Positions 54,796 to 64,000 of a stretch of 64,000 nt of DNA are shown piece by piece. Source of the DNA: an uncultured Bacteroides sp. (lineage in GTDB: Bacteria; Bacteroidota; Bacteroidia; Bacteroidales; GCA-2748055); assembly GCA_964579515.1 (NCBI GenBank), contig CAZOHA010000002.1:145096-209095 (forward strand), read 5' to 3'. Numbering within the stretch: the stretch's first letter is position 1; the number at the start of each line of letters is the position of its first letter. The notes under the pieces are model-generated. The model saw only the letters and a program-made list of their open reading frames with translations. It did not search any database and was not told the DNA's origin. A program made the translations under genes and the position numbers.

Positions 54796-56208
54796 TTAAA
54801 ATGAGAACTGCGCCGATAGCCATGCTGCATTGAGGACCGGTCCCACCAGATCATAGAGTTCTCCCCCCGGGGCAAACATCCCATGGTATCCCGCCGAGAA
54901 GATCATCCCGTTCCCCGGTTTAAAGGCCAGTACAGGTCTGATCATCCACTCTCCGGTGGTCAGGTTGAGCATTGCCGGGAGTTCCAGTTCCAGTCTTTCG
55001 CCCAGCCAGCTGCCCCGAAAGCTGAGAAAGGCCGTGTGGTAATATTCCTGCAGCTGATAATTATAGAGGCGGTTAAAGGCCGCGACCCGGTCCCGGAAGG
55101 CCTGTTCCAGCGTCCCGGGGGACGGCATCATCCCATTTCCGGATGTGGAGTTGATCATCTCCTCATCGGCCGAGAGGGAAGGGGGAGCCGACGCTTCATA
55201 AAAATCCAGGATGTATTTACCGTAGTAACCTGCCACCAACGTCCACCATTGGCTCCCCCGTTCGATCTCGGCCACATAGGAGACCTCCGGAAATGGCAGG
55301 TACTCCTGATCTCCCCGGCTGCGCCGGGTCTGCTGCCAGGCACCCTCGGCACGTATGATCCATGATCTCACCGGGACAGAGAGATCCGCACCGGCCATCC
55401 TGATCCGGTAGGCTCGCTGACGGAGTTCCAGGGATTCGGGCAGCATGTTTTCCCCGTTCAGAGAAAAGGATTCAAGCATGATCCCGGGCCAGTGATGGTA
55501 GCCCTGGAACCAGTAAAGGGAGCCATCCATAACGGAGGAGAAAAACTCATAATTCAATCCGTAGCTCCCCTCCCTGAGTTCCAGTCCCGGAAAAAGGGGA
55601 TCGGTAAACTGCACGTAATCCGGCATCGGCACCGGTTCGATCAGCAAGGTGCCGGGCCGGTACATAGGCCTCCAGTGGGCGGTAAACCGGTGATTAATTC
55701 CTATATATATATATCCCTCCGTACCCCAGGTCCCCAGATAACGGTCATCGGATACCGGCGAACGCACTGTGGGATCCAGGGGGGTCAGTTTGCCTGTGGG
55801 ATTATACAGGGTACCCTTTCCCCAGGGCGAGATCAGCCTGCCGATCCGGAGGCCGGCCGAAGAGGAAAATAACTCCAGGTAAGCTTCACGGAGATCCAGT
55901 TCCGAAATCTCTCTGGTGAATTCCGAACCTTGACGGAATCGTATCTCTGCCCGGGCCCTGGCCCAGCTTTTCGGGGCTGTTTCCAGGGAGAGAGCTGCCT
56001 GGGCGTATAGGCTCTGCAGATAGGGATCTTCTTCCCCGGGGGTATTCCCTGCATAGGCCACCGACCGGATAAATCCTCCCAGTGAGAGATTTTCAGGGTC
56101 TGAGGATGTTCCCGAACCGGAGAGGGCCGATTCGAAAAGGCCCTGTCCCTGCAAACTGGAGTGAATAATAGTCGTCAGTATGATTATTATCAGGATCTTC
56201 TGGTTCAT
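54796..56208 (-). CDS. putative outer-membrane beta-barrel (porin-like) protein of the exporter cluster
   Basis: The ORF was trimmed to the ATG at 56208 (MNQKILIIIILTTIIHSSLQGQ). It has amphipathic beta-strand periodicity throughout and a C-terminal ...SAQFSF. Confidence 0.5.
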   Translation of the reverse strand: MNQKILIIIILTTIIHSSLQGQGLFESALSGSGTSSDPENLSLGGFIRSVAYAGNTPGEEDPYLQSLYAQAALSLETAPKSWARARAEIRFRQGSEFTREISELDLREAYLELFSSSAGLRIGRLISPWGKGTLYNPTGKLTPLDPTVRSPVSDDRYLGTWGTEGYIYIGINHRFTAHWRPMYRPGTLLIEPVPMPDYVQFTDPLFPGLELREGSYGLNYEFFSSVMDGSLYWFQGYHHWPGIMLESFSLNGENMLPESLELRQRAYRIRMAGADLSVPVRSWIIRAEGAWQQTRRSRGDQEYLPFPEVSYVAEIERGSQWWTLVAGYYGKYILDFYEASAPPSLSADEEMINSTSGNGMMPSPGTLEQAFRDRVAAFNRLYNYQLQEYYHTAFLSFRGSWLGERLELELPAMLNLTTGEWMIRPVLAFKPGNGMIFSAGYHGMFAPGGELYDLVGPVLNAAWLSAQFSF

Positions 56209-56244
56209 TGTCAATAATCCTTTTATGCAAAGGTACCCGGCCTG

Positions 56245-57378
56245 ATGCTCTCCGTCGTCCGGGAGGATCGGTCCGGACCTGATGAAAAATGGAAACCTGT
56301 CCAACCCGATCGGTCTGAACCTGGTTTGAATTCCCTATTTTTAGTTTATGAAAGAGCTTGTGAACTCCCAGCGGGGAACACGGTGATCATCAAACCCAGT
56401 GAGATCACAAGCCATGCTTCCGGTGCCATGGCCGGGCTCATCAACGAACATTTCGACCGTTCGCTCTTCCATGTGGTCGAGGGTGGTGCGGAGGCAGGCA
56501 GTCAACTGATCGGTCAGGGGGTGGATAAGATATTCTTCACCGGCAGCAGCAGGGTGGGGCGTCTGGTGATGGAGGCCGCAGCCGGGCATCTGACTCCGGT
56601 CACCCTTGAGCTGGGCGGGAAGAATCCGGTGATTGTCATGGAGGATTGTCACCTGAAAAGAACCGCCCGGAGACTGGTCTGGGGAAAGTTCCACAACAAC
56701 GGCGCAGCCTGCGTGGCACCCGATCATGTATATGTGCACGAGTCGGTCAGGGAGGAACTGATCCGGGAGATCGGGAGACAGATCCGGGAAATTCACGGAG
56801 AGAATCCCGGCGAAAGCATGATCCTTCCAAGGCTAATCAACGGTGAGCATTATGACCGGTTGATGGCACTTATCGAGACGCAGAAAGTGGTGGCCGGGGG
56901 TAAATGCGACCGGGCGATGCTCTATATCGAACCGACGGTGCTGGACGGAGTGGAACCCGGCGATCCCATTATGAAAGAGGAGGTGTTCGGACCTCTGCTG
57001 CCTCTGCTTTCCTATCGCCACCTGGATGAGCTTTTGCAGCGTCTGAAGAAGCAGCCATCACCCCTGGCGGTGTATGTGTTTTCAGGGAACACAGCCAGGG
57101 CGAAGAGAATCGTCAGGGACCTGCCCTGCGGGGGAGGGATGGTCAACGAGGTGGTGTTGCACTTCATCAATATGAATACACCGTTCGGGGGATTCGGTGA
57201 ATCGGGCATGGGGAGCTACCATGGCAGGGCAGGATTCGACGCCTTCAGCCATTACAAGACCATCCTTCACAAACCATTCTGGTTCGAACTTTTCCTGAAA
57301 TACCCTCCATACCGGAATATCCGGCTGAGAATCATCCGGTCGGTTCTGGGTCAATCGGTCAGGAGTTTTTTTCACTGA
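56245..57378 (+). pseudogene. aldehyde dehydrogenase (ALDH3-like), lacking roughly the first 90-100 residues of the family
   Basis: Homology to ALDH3-type enzymes begins near residue 25 of the ORF (PAGNTVIIKPSE, the AAGN region). It runs to the end (FTGSS.VGR, ELGGKNP, GAACVAPDHVYV, EEVFGPLLP, PFGGFGESGMGSYHG). Too little upstream DNA remains before the divergent OMP gene to encode the missing N-terminus. Confidence 0.6.
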
Positions 57379-58462
57379 CCCTTTTGCGGTATTCACTGGG
57401 GGTCATGCCCGTCTTTTCCTTGAAAAGGGTATTGAAGCTGGATTTGGCGTTGAATCCTGAATCGTAGGCTATACCCAGAATGGTCAGGTTCCGGTATTTG
57501 GGATCCGGCATCCTGCTCTTCACCTCTTCGAGCCGGTATTCATTCACCAGGGTATAGAAATTCTTCCCCATATGCTCGTTGATCACCTCCGAGAGAAAAT
57601 GCTTCGGAATTTCCAGCTGTTTTGAAAGGTCGTATATGGAGAGTTCCCGGTCGAGATATGGCTTGTTATCTCTCATATGAGCCTCAATCATAGTGATGTA
57701 GCGGGCCGCATCCTTTTCCTTGAGTCCCGATCGCTGGTATTTGACCTCCCTGTTGGGTGAGTACACCACCTCCTCTTCGAATATGCTGGACTGATGAAAA
57801 CCGAACACCCCGAACAGAAAAGTGAGGAGGGTGAGGCCTATGAAGGATATCTCGTAGGGGTCGAAGGGCATAAACCCTACCAGTATATCGATCCCCCCGA
57901 GGATAAACATCAGTACATACCCGGTATAAAAGGTAATCGACAGCCCCAGGAGCCACTGGAGCGTGATTTTTCCCGAAGAATAACTGACCAGCTCTTTCAG
58001 CCTTTTCTGATGCCTGTGAATCACTACGAAAGTGGCAATGGAGTAAGCCGTAATGGATATAAAAAACGTGACCGCGTAAACAATGCGGAAGGAGACAAAA
58101 CGGTCGATCACCAGAAAACCGTCGGTGCCGTCCATCACCGGCTGATCGATGAAGAGCAGGGTCGGAACGAGGAAAGCGATGAAGGGGGCAAAATGCCAGA
58201 GGTAGGAGAGACTGAACCTCGGATCCTCGGTGGTCATCCATTTGGCATAAAGCAGCAGCAGCGGACCATAGGTAAAAGGCAGAATCTTCACGGGGTAGAG
58301 TTCCACCAGGGTTTCGTCGATCAGGGCGACCACCATCTCGAAACAGATGATCAGGAGCCATGCTGCAAGGATCTGATTGGGCACCACCCGGGGCCTTTTG
58401 GCAGCGATCAGGATACCCGCGAAGAGGGTCTGAGATATCCCGATGTAGAGGATCGCTTCCAT
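57359..58462 (-). CDS. AraC-family transcriptional regulator with an N-terminal multi-TM sensor domain
   Basis: There are ~7 hydrophobic helices, then an AraC HTH ([37 protein letters not shown] ... [30 protein letters not shown]). Confidence 0.8.
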   Translation of the reverse strand: MEAILYIGISQTLFAGILIAAKRPRVVPNQILAAWLLIICFEMVVALIDETLVELYPVKILPFTYGPLLLLYAKWMTTEDPRFSLSYLWHFAPFIAFLVPTLLFIDQPVMDGTDGFLVIDRFVSFRIVYAVTFFISITAYSIATFVVIHRHQKRLKELVSYSSGKITLQWLLGLSITFYTGYVLMFILGGIDILVGFMPFDPYEISFIGLTLLTFLFGVFGFHQSSIFEEEVVYSPNREVKYQRSGLKEKDAARYITMIEAHMRDNKPYLDRELSIYDLSKQLEIPKHFLSEVINEHMGKNFYTLVNEYRLEEVKSRMPDPKYRNLTILGIAYDSGFNAKSSFNTLFKEKTGMTPSEYRKRVSEKNS

Positions 58463-58542
58463 ATTCTAATGTACGAATTTATTATTTTGTTTTCGTTGGC
58501 AGAGTATCTACATTTGGATTCCAATCAGTATTTCTTGATACC

Positions 58543-59421
58543 ATGAGCGTACTACTCAACAAAGCCTCCAGAGTGATCGTGCAGGGATTTACCGGAAGCG
58601 AGGGCACTTTCCATGCACAACAGATGCTGGAATACGGCACCGATGTGGTGGGTGGTGTTACACCGGGAAAGGGGGGTCAGTTGCATCTGGAAAAACCGGT
58701 CTTCAACACCGTTGAAGATGCGGTGAAGGAGACAGAGGCCGACACCTCGGTGATTTTTGTGCCCCCCGCTTTTGCAGCGGATGCCATCATGGAGGCAGCC
58801 GATGCGGGGATCGGGCTGGTAGTATGTATTACCGAAGGGATCCCCACATCGGATATGATCAAGGTGAAGGAGTATCTCAGTAAGAGAAATACCAGACTGA
58901 TCGGGCCCAACTGTCCCGGTGTTATCACCCCAGGAGAGGCCAAGGTGGGGATCATGCCCGGGTTTATTCACACAAAAGGGGTAGTTGGGATCGTATCCCG
59001 GTCCGGCACCCTCACCTATGAAGCGGTGGACCAGATCACCAAAACCGGCCTGGGACAGTCCACCTGCATCGGGATCGGCGGCGACCCCGTTATCGGGACC
59101 ACCACACTGGAAGCGATCCGGCTCCTGATGGAGGACCGGCAGACCAGGGGAATCATTATGATCGGTGAGATCGGGGGCAGCATGGAGACGGAAGCCGCAT
59201 ACTGGATCAGGGATCACGGAACCAAACCGGTGGTGGGATTCATCGCCGGTCAGACCGCTCCCAGTGGGCGAAGAATGGGTCATGCCGGTGCCATTATAGG
59301 CGGAAAGGCCGATACGGCCGAAGCGAAAATGGAGATCATGAAGGAGTGTGGTATCCATGTGGTGGTATCTCCTGCGGATTTAGGGAAGACCATGGCCCGG
59401 CTGTTGAATGGCAAGCGATGA
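58543..59421 (+). CDS. sucD: succinate--CoA ligase subunit alpha
   Basis: The ATG is at 58543 ([24 protein letters not shown]). It has [29 protein letters not shown] and GHAGAII (the phosphohistidine loop). Confidence 0.93.
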   Translation: MSVLLNKASRVIVQGFTGSEGTFHAQQMLEYGTDVVGGVTPGKGGQLHLEKPVFNTVEDAVKETEADTSVIFVPPAFAADAIMEAADAGIGLVVCITEGIPTSDMIKVKEYLSKRNTRLIGPNCPGVITPGEAKVGIMPGFIHTKGVVGIVSRSGTLTYEAVDQITKTGLGQSTCIGIGGDPVIGTTTLEAIRLLMEDRQTRGIIMIGEIGGSMETEAAYWIRDHGTKPVVGFIAGQTAPSGRRMGHAGAIIGGKADTAEAKMEIMKECGIHVVVSPADLGKTMARLLNGKR

Positions 59422-60154
59422 GAGAAATCTGATCCGGGCTGCAGGGCTGATTGCCAACGCCCGGCACCTGGTGGCCTTTACCGGTGCGGGGATTTCCGTG
59501 GAGAGCGGAATCCCGCCGTTCAGGGGTGAAGGGGGGATCTGGACCCGATACGACCCTTCTGTTCTCGATATCGATTTTTTCAACGCCGATCCGGAAGCAT
59601 CCTGGGAGGTGATCGTTCAGATTTTCTACACTTATTTCCTGGATGCCAGACCCAATGCCGCACACATGTTGCTGGCACGGCTGGAGCAACGGGGGTTCCT
59701 GAAGGCGGTGATCACCCAGAACATCGATAACCTGCACCGTGAGGCGGGAAACCGGGAGGTGATCGAATACCATGGAAATTCAGGCTACCTGATCTGCACC
59801 CGGTGCGGCCACAGATACGAACTGACCGATGTCCCGCTGGAACCGTTGCCGCCCCGCTGCGTAAACGACCAATCCGTTCTGAAACCCGATTTCACTTTCT
59901 TCGGGGAGGGGATTCCGGCGGAAGCGGCCGAACGCTCCATGGAGGAGGTCACCATGGCCGACCTTCTGCTGATCATCGGCACCACCGGTGAGGTCATGCC
60001 GGCTGCCATGCTGCCCTCGGTAGCCAAATCGAACGGCGCCGGGATCATTGAGATCAACCCGGGTCCGACAGCTTTCACTTACGGCCTCACCGACCTCTAT
60101 CTCAAGGGCAGGGCAGGGGAGATCTGTGAGTCGCTGGGGACTTATCTTTTTTAA
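59408..60154 (+). CDS. cobB: NAD-dependent protein deacylase (Sir2/CobB family)
   Basis: [24 protein letters not shown] and a CxxC...C zinc site (CTRCGH...PPRC). It overlaps sucD by 14 nt. Confidence 0.85.
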   Translation: MASDERNLIRAAGLIANARHLVAFTGAGISVESGIPPFRGEGGIWTRYDPSVLDIDFFNADPEASWEVIVQIFYTYFLDARPNAAHMLLARLEQRGFLKAVITQNIDNLHREAGNREVIEYHGNSGYLICTRCGHRYELTDVPLEPLPPRCVNDQSVLKPDFTFFGEGIPAEAAERSMEEVTMADLLLIIGTTGEVMPAAMLPSVAKSNGAGIIEINPGPTAFTYGLTDLYLKGRAGEICESLGTYLF

Positions 60155-60213
60155 GGAAAGTCATTTTTTTTACATTTATTTGCATTGTTTTAACCCATTC
60201 AAAATCAAGAAGC

Positions 60214-60960
60214 ATGGATCTATTGAAAGGAAAAGTTGCACTGGTTACCGGAGCTGCCCGGGGTATCGGACGGGAGATCGCTCTTCGCTATGCCGGGGAG
60301 GGAGCCGCAGTGGCTTTCACCGACCTGTCCAGGGACGATAATATGGAATCTCTGGAGAAGGAACTGGAATCGACGGGAGTGAAGGGAAAAGGATTTGTCA
60401 GTGATGCCAGTGATTACGACCAGGCCCATCAGGTGGTGGACCAGGTGATGGAAGAATTCGGAAAACTGGATATTCTGGTGAACAATGCCGGCATCACCAG
60501 GGATACCCTTCTGATGCGGATGGACGAGGAGATGTGGGACCTTGTGATCAAAGTCAACCTGAAATCGGTCTTTAATTTTACCAAAGCTGCCCAGAAATAT
60601 ATGCTGAAGGCCCGGTCGGGATCAATTATCAACATGAGTTCGGTGGTGGGGGTCAACGGCAATGCCGGGCAATCCAACTACTCTGCGTCCAAAGCAGGTA
60701 TACTGGGGTTTACCAAATCTGTGGCCAAAGAGCTGGGATCGAGAGGGATAAGATGCAATGCCATCGCACCCGGGTTTATCATTACCGAGATGACCGGTAA
60801 ATTGCCCGAAAATGTGAAGGAGGAATGGATCAAGACCATCCCCCTGAAACGCGGCGGACTGCCGGAGGATGTGGCCGATGTATCGGTCTTCCTTGCGTCC
60901 GATCTTTCCTCTTACATGACCGGTCAGACACTCCAGGTGTGCGGGGGGATGAGCACGTAA
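60214..60960 (+). CDS. fabG: 3-oxoacyl-[acyl-carrier-protein] reductase
   Basis: VTGAARGIG, NNAGITRD, YSASKAG and VNAIAPGFI-like motifs. It is 248 aa and ends in GGM. Confidence 0.9.
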   Translation: MDLLKGKVALVTGAARGIGREIALRYAGEGAAVAFTDLSRDDNMESLEKELESTGVKGKGFVSDASDYDQAHQVVDQVMEEFGKLDILVNNAGITRDTLLMRMDEEMWDLVIKVNLKSVFNFTKAAQKYMLKARSGSIINMSSVVGVNGNAGQSNYSASKAGILGFTKSVAKELGSRGIRCNAIAPGFIITEMTGKLPENVKEEWIKTIPLKRGGLPEDVADVSVFLASDLSSYMTGQTLQVCGGMST

Positions 60961-61006
60961 TAGTCCGTAATAGTCAAAAGTCTGTAAAGTCTGTAAAGTC
61001 TGTAAA
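60961..61006. repeat. tandem array of AGTCYGTAA units
   Basis: t-agtccgtaa-t-agtcaaa-agtctgtaa x3. It begins right after the fabG stop and ends ~17 nt before the candidate GTG start of the next gene. It shares the 9-mer agtccgtaa with the array at 29164. Confidence 0.8.
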
Positions 61007-61022
61007 GTTTGAGGGATTGGGG

Positions 61023-62045
61023 GTGGAAAGAAAAGGAGTGAAACGATGGGGCCTTGTCCTCCTGATGGCCGTGGGGCTGTATGGATGTGCCGGTCCTTAC
61101 TCCCTGGTGGAGTTTGAGGTCCTGGAACCTGCCACAGTGAATCTCCCTTCCGATGTGGAGAATCTGGTCATCCTGAACCGGGCACCCTTCACTCTGGACG
61201 TGATCAGTGAACAGAACCGGGAGGGGATGAAGAGGGAGCATCTGATCATGGTGGATACACTGATCACGAACCATCTTTTCAGGGGAGTCAGGGAGGTGAT
61301 GAAAAACTCACCCTTTCCAACCTTTCAGTATCCCGTGTGGTTGACCGAACGGCGCAGCGATACCGCCGGTCTTGAAAATCTTCTTCTGACAAGAAGGGAG
61401 GTGGCCGATCTTTGCAGGGAGACGACCAGCGACGCGGTGATCAGCCTGGAGTTCTATTCGGTGGCACTGGATGAGGAATATACCTACTACTCCGATGATC
61501 CCTCCGTGGTCCGGTCCCGCTACTACGAAGTATACAATGAAATTCTCTGGAACATCTACCTGCCCGACAGGCCCAGACCGTTCGATGAATACCGGATGGT
61601 GGATACCCTTTTTTTTCCGGTGGTTGTGGAAGGGCAGTTCCAGATCGTGCCCTCGCTGACCGAGATGATCGCAGAACTCTTTTTCAGCAGCGGTGTTAAA
61701 TATGGACAGTATCTGGTCCCGGTTTGGACACCGGCTGCCAGAGTGGTTATCCGGGGAAGAAATGATTCGCTGAAGGCCGCTTCGAAACTGACTTCTGAAG
61801 GAGAGTGGGAGGAAGCATACCATTTATGGAGGGATCTGACCCGTTCGGATAACAGTGCGGTTGCCGCCAAAGCGTATCACAACCTGGCGGTCTTCTACGA
61901 GCTGGAGGACCGGCTGGATTCGGCCAGTTTCCTGATCGATCAGGCATTGAACCTCGACACACTGGAGGTGACCCGGAATTACCGGGAGGAGATGGATACC
62001 CGGCTGCAGAACCGGGAGATACTTGAGAATCAAATCAGTCGCTGA
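61023..62045 (+). CDS. lipoprotein with a C-terminal TPR-like region
   Basis: The ORF 60825..62045 was trimmed to the GTG at 61023, because the upstream part overlaps fabG and the repeat array. It has a lipobox (LLMAVGLYGCAG) and C-terminal TPR-like helices (WEEAYHLWRDL...AKAYHNLAVFYE). Confidence 0.5.
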   Translation: MERKGVKRWGLVLLMAVGLYGCAGPYSLVEFEVLEPATVNLPSDVENLVILNRAPFTLDVISEQNREGMKREHLIMVDTLITNHLFRGVREVMKNSPFPTFQYPVWLTERRSDTAGLENLLLTRREVADLCRETTSDAVISLEFYSVALDEEYTYYSDDPSVVRSRYYEVYNEILWNIYLPDRPRPFDEYRMVDTLFFPVVVEGQFQIVPSLTEMIAELFFSSGVKYGQYLVPVWTPAARVVIRGRNDSLKAASKLTSEGEWEEAYHLWRDLTRSDNSAVAAKAYHNLAVFYELEDRLDSASFLIDQALNLDTLEVTRNYREEMDTRLQNREILENQISR

Positions 62046-62067
62046 TAACCAGTTTTTAGTCCGTTAT

Positions 62068-63297
62068 ATGAGCAGTGAAGTGATTTTATGGGTGATGGCG
62101 GGGGTGCTGGTGCTGGGGTACCTGATGGAGCGGATCCTTGATTATCTGAACCTGAGGCACACGGTGACCGAACTACCCTCCGAATTGCATGGAATCTTCG
62201 ATGAGGAGGAGTACAGGAAGAGCCAGCTTTATAAGAAGGACAATACCCGGTTTTCCTTTATCTCCAGTACGGTGAGCCTGGTGGTGATCCTGGCGGTCTT
62301 TTTCTCCGGTGCGCTGGGCTGGCTCGACCGGTGGACCGCCGCTCAGACTTCCAGCTATATCGTTCAGGTACTGCTGTTTTTCGGGATCATCGCACTGGCA
62401 GGCGACCTGCTTTCGACCCCGTTTTCTCTCTATGATACTTTTGTGATTGAGGAAAGATACGGATTCAACCGGACCGATCTTAAGACGTTTTTTCTGGATA
62501 AATTGAAGGCTTGGTTGTTGACCGTGGTCATCGGAGGGGGTCTCCTGGCCCTGATCACCTGGATCTACATGCTGACCGGGGAGTGGTTCTGGCTGGTGGC
62601 CCTGGGTGCTATAACGCTTTTTTCTCTGGTAATGAACATGTTCTACTCCCAGATCATCGTTCCTCTTTTTAATAAGCAGACCCCGCTGGAGGAGGGGAGC
62701 CTGAGAGATAAAATCGAAGCCTTTGCCGGAAAGGTCTCTTTCCGGCTCGACAATATTTTCGTCATGGATGGTTCCAAACGCTCCAGCAAGGCCAATGCCT
62801 ATTTTACCGGGCTGGGGCCGAAAAAACGGATCGTTCTTTTCGATACCCTGATCAAGGACCTGGAGGAGGAGGAGATCGTCGCGGTGCTTGCCCACGAGGT
62901 GGGTCACTATAAAAAGAAGCATACCACTAAAGGACTGGTGATTTCCACTCTTCAGACCGCGCTCACCCTTTACCTTTTCTCTCTCTTTGTGGGAGTGGAC
63001 AGCTTCTCGGTGGCTCTGGGCGGTTCCGGGGCCTCCTTCCATATGGGGCTCATCGCTTTCGGGATCCTTTACTCGCCGATTTCCACCATTATCGGACTGG
63101 GCACCAATCTCTTCTCCCGAAAGAACGAATTCCAGGCGGACCGCTTCGCCAGTGAGGAATACCGTGCCGATAAGCTGATCAGCTCTCTGAAGAAATTGTC
63201 CAAAAATAACCTCAGCAATCTGACCCCGCATCCGGCCTATGTCTTTTTTCATTATTCCCATCCGCCTCTGCTGAAAAGGATCCGGGCCCTGAAATAG
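62068..63297 (+). CDS. M48 family metallopeptidase (Ste24/HtpX-like)
   Basis: The ATG is at 62068. It has multiple TM helices, NAYFTG and HEVGHYKKKH (the HExxH motif), and ends in HPPLLKRI. Confidence 0.85.
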   Translation: MSSEVILWVMAGVLVLGYLMERILDYLNLRHTVTELPSELHGIFDEEEYRKSQLYKKDNTRFSFISSTVSLVVILAVFFSGALGWLDRWTAAQTSSYIVQVLLFFGIIALAGDLLSTPFSLYDTFVIEERYGFNRTDLKTFFLDKLKAWLLTVVIGGGLLALITWIYMLTGEWFWLVALGAITLFSLVMNMFYSQIIVPLFNKQTPLEEGSLRDKIEAFAGKVSFRLDNIFVMDGSKRSSKANAYFTGLGPKKRIVLFDTLIKDLEEEEIVAVLAHEVGHYKKKHTTKGLVISTLQTALTLYLFSLFVGVDSFSVALGGSGASFHMGLIAFGILYSPISTIIGLGTNLFSRKNEFQADRFASEEYRADKLISSLKKLSKNNLSNLTPHPAYVFFHYSHPPLLKRIRALK

Positions 63298-63325
63298 AAA
63301 CGGAGCCGGTAACGGATGCCCGCCT

Positions 63326-64000
63326 ATGGGGAAGCTACTGTTCTCATATCTGCCCATCGTTCTGCTGGTCTGGCTGATGACCCGGAAACGAAGCATGCCT
63401 TCCTCCCGCGCCCTGCCTCTGGTTGCCTTTATCACTTATCTGATCATGCTGGTGGTTTTCCGCCGGGAAGCGAATATGGTCCATGCGGAGACACTGAGCG
63501 GATTGCTGCTTGCCTGGACCCCGATCCTGATTATTGCCGGTGCTGTTTTTCTCTTCCGGACCATGGAGGCTACCGGGAGTATGGATGTGATCCGGGTATG
63601 GCTGAACGGGATCTCGGAACATCCGGTGGCACAGCTCATGATCGTGGGATGGGCGTTTCCCTTCCTGATCGAGGGAGCCAGCGGATTCGGCACCCCTGCG
63701 GCCATTGCGGCACCCATTATGGTGGGCCTGGGATTTCCTCCGGTCCGGGTGGCTATTCTGGCACTGGTAATGAATACCATCCCTGTTTCCTTCGGTGCTG
63801 TGGGCACTCCCACCTGGTTCGGGTTCTCATCCCTGACACTGACCCCGGAGGAGATTTTAGAGATCTCGTTCCGCTCGGCCCTGATCAACAGTCTGGCCGG
63901 AGTGATGGTGGTTTTTGCCGCACTGATGTTCGTCATCAAACCTGCTCCGGTACTCAGAAACTGGAAGTTCATCCTGGCAAGTGCCGGATTCACCGTAATT
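63326..64000 (+). CDS. lctP: L-lactate permease (LctP family), 5' part; runs off the right edge
   Basis: It is not in the ORF track because no stop lies in-window. Manual translation from the ATG at 63326: MGKLLFSYLPIVLLVWLM...FPFLIEGASGFGTPAAIAAPIMVGLGF...NTIPVSFGAVGTP, which is the characteristic LctP core. Confidence 0.8.
   Translation, partial: MGKLLFSYLPIVLLVWLMTRKRSMPSSRALPLVAFITYLIMLVVFRREANMVHAETLSGLLLAWTPILIIAGAVFLFRTMEATGSMDVIRVWLNGISEHPVAQLMIVGWAFPFLIEGASGFGTPAAIAAPIMVGLGFPPVRVAILALVMNTIPVSFGAVGTPTWFGFSSLTLTPEEILEISFRSALINSLAGVMVVFAALMFVIKPAPVLRNWKFILASAGFTVI

Noticed and set aside
60825-61022. Upstream part of ORF 60825..62045, including the SVKSVKSVK translation of the tandem repeat
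   Set aside because: It overlaps the fabG coding sequence and then reads through the AGTCTGTAA array. A GTG at 61023 immediately precedes a canonical lipoprotein signal.
62173-63435. 420-aa minus-strand ORF opposite the M48 peptidase
   Set aside because: It is an antisense artefact. The + strand encodes an HExxH membrane protease with coherent TM helices, and the minus-frame product is Arg/Gly/Pro-rich.

Overview
A 64-kb chromosomal window from a moderately GC-rich Bacteroidota-type genome. Supporting signs are a bTHX ribosomal protein, DUF4252/ECF sigma clusters, many lipoprotein signal peptides and TAnnTTTG-like -7 boxes. It is densely packed with housekeeping and metabolic genes. These include a PiT phosphate transporter (edge-truncated and absent from the ORF track), yafV-like omega-amidase, slyD, and a contiguous buk-ptb-ackA-pta block. 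They also include a DUF1338 (HglS/YdcJ-like) gene near a YdiJ-like FAD/Fe-S dehydrogenase and a DAACS symporter, pyrD, pcm, msrB, a sulfatase, an M14 peptidase, amt, mnmE, an MMPL/RND exporter cluster, sucD, a sirtuin, fabG, an M48 protease and a partial lctP. Regions that stand out: (1) An AmmeMemoRadiSam operon (fused Memo-AMMECR1 plus radical SAM) has an 847-aa polytopic membrane protein with a degenerate spermidine-synthase fold inserted between the partners, and all three proteins carry export or membrane signals. (2) A visibly AT-rich ~4.8-kb island next to tRNA-Lys(TTT) is bracketed by ~70-nt imperfect direct repeats that include the tRNA 3' end. It carries an ECF sigma/anti-sigma pair, a secreted beta-propeller and a cadherin-repeat lipoprotein, but no integrase. 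(3) The amt gene and its structured AT-rich leader are bracketed by a 24/25-nt duplication of the mnmE 3' terminus, the same kind of target used by SGI1-type islands. (4) A ~0.7-kb ORF-free AT-rich tract upstream of an XRE-type regulator is studded with a TACAAATGTAAAC motif. Smaller points are an MMPL-LolA-like gene fusion with a fossil signal peptide, a 5'-truncated aldehyde dehydrogenase, AGTCYGTAA tandem arrays at two loci and an unlisted bTHX gene. No CRISPR array, rRNA, transposase or recognisable defence system was seen. All family assignments rest on motif recognition by eye and need HMM or BLAST confirmation.
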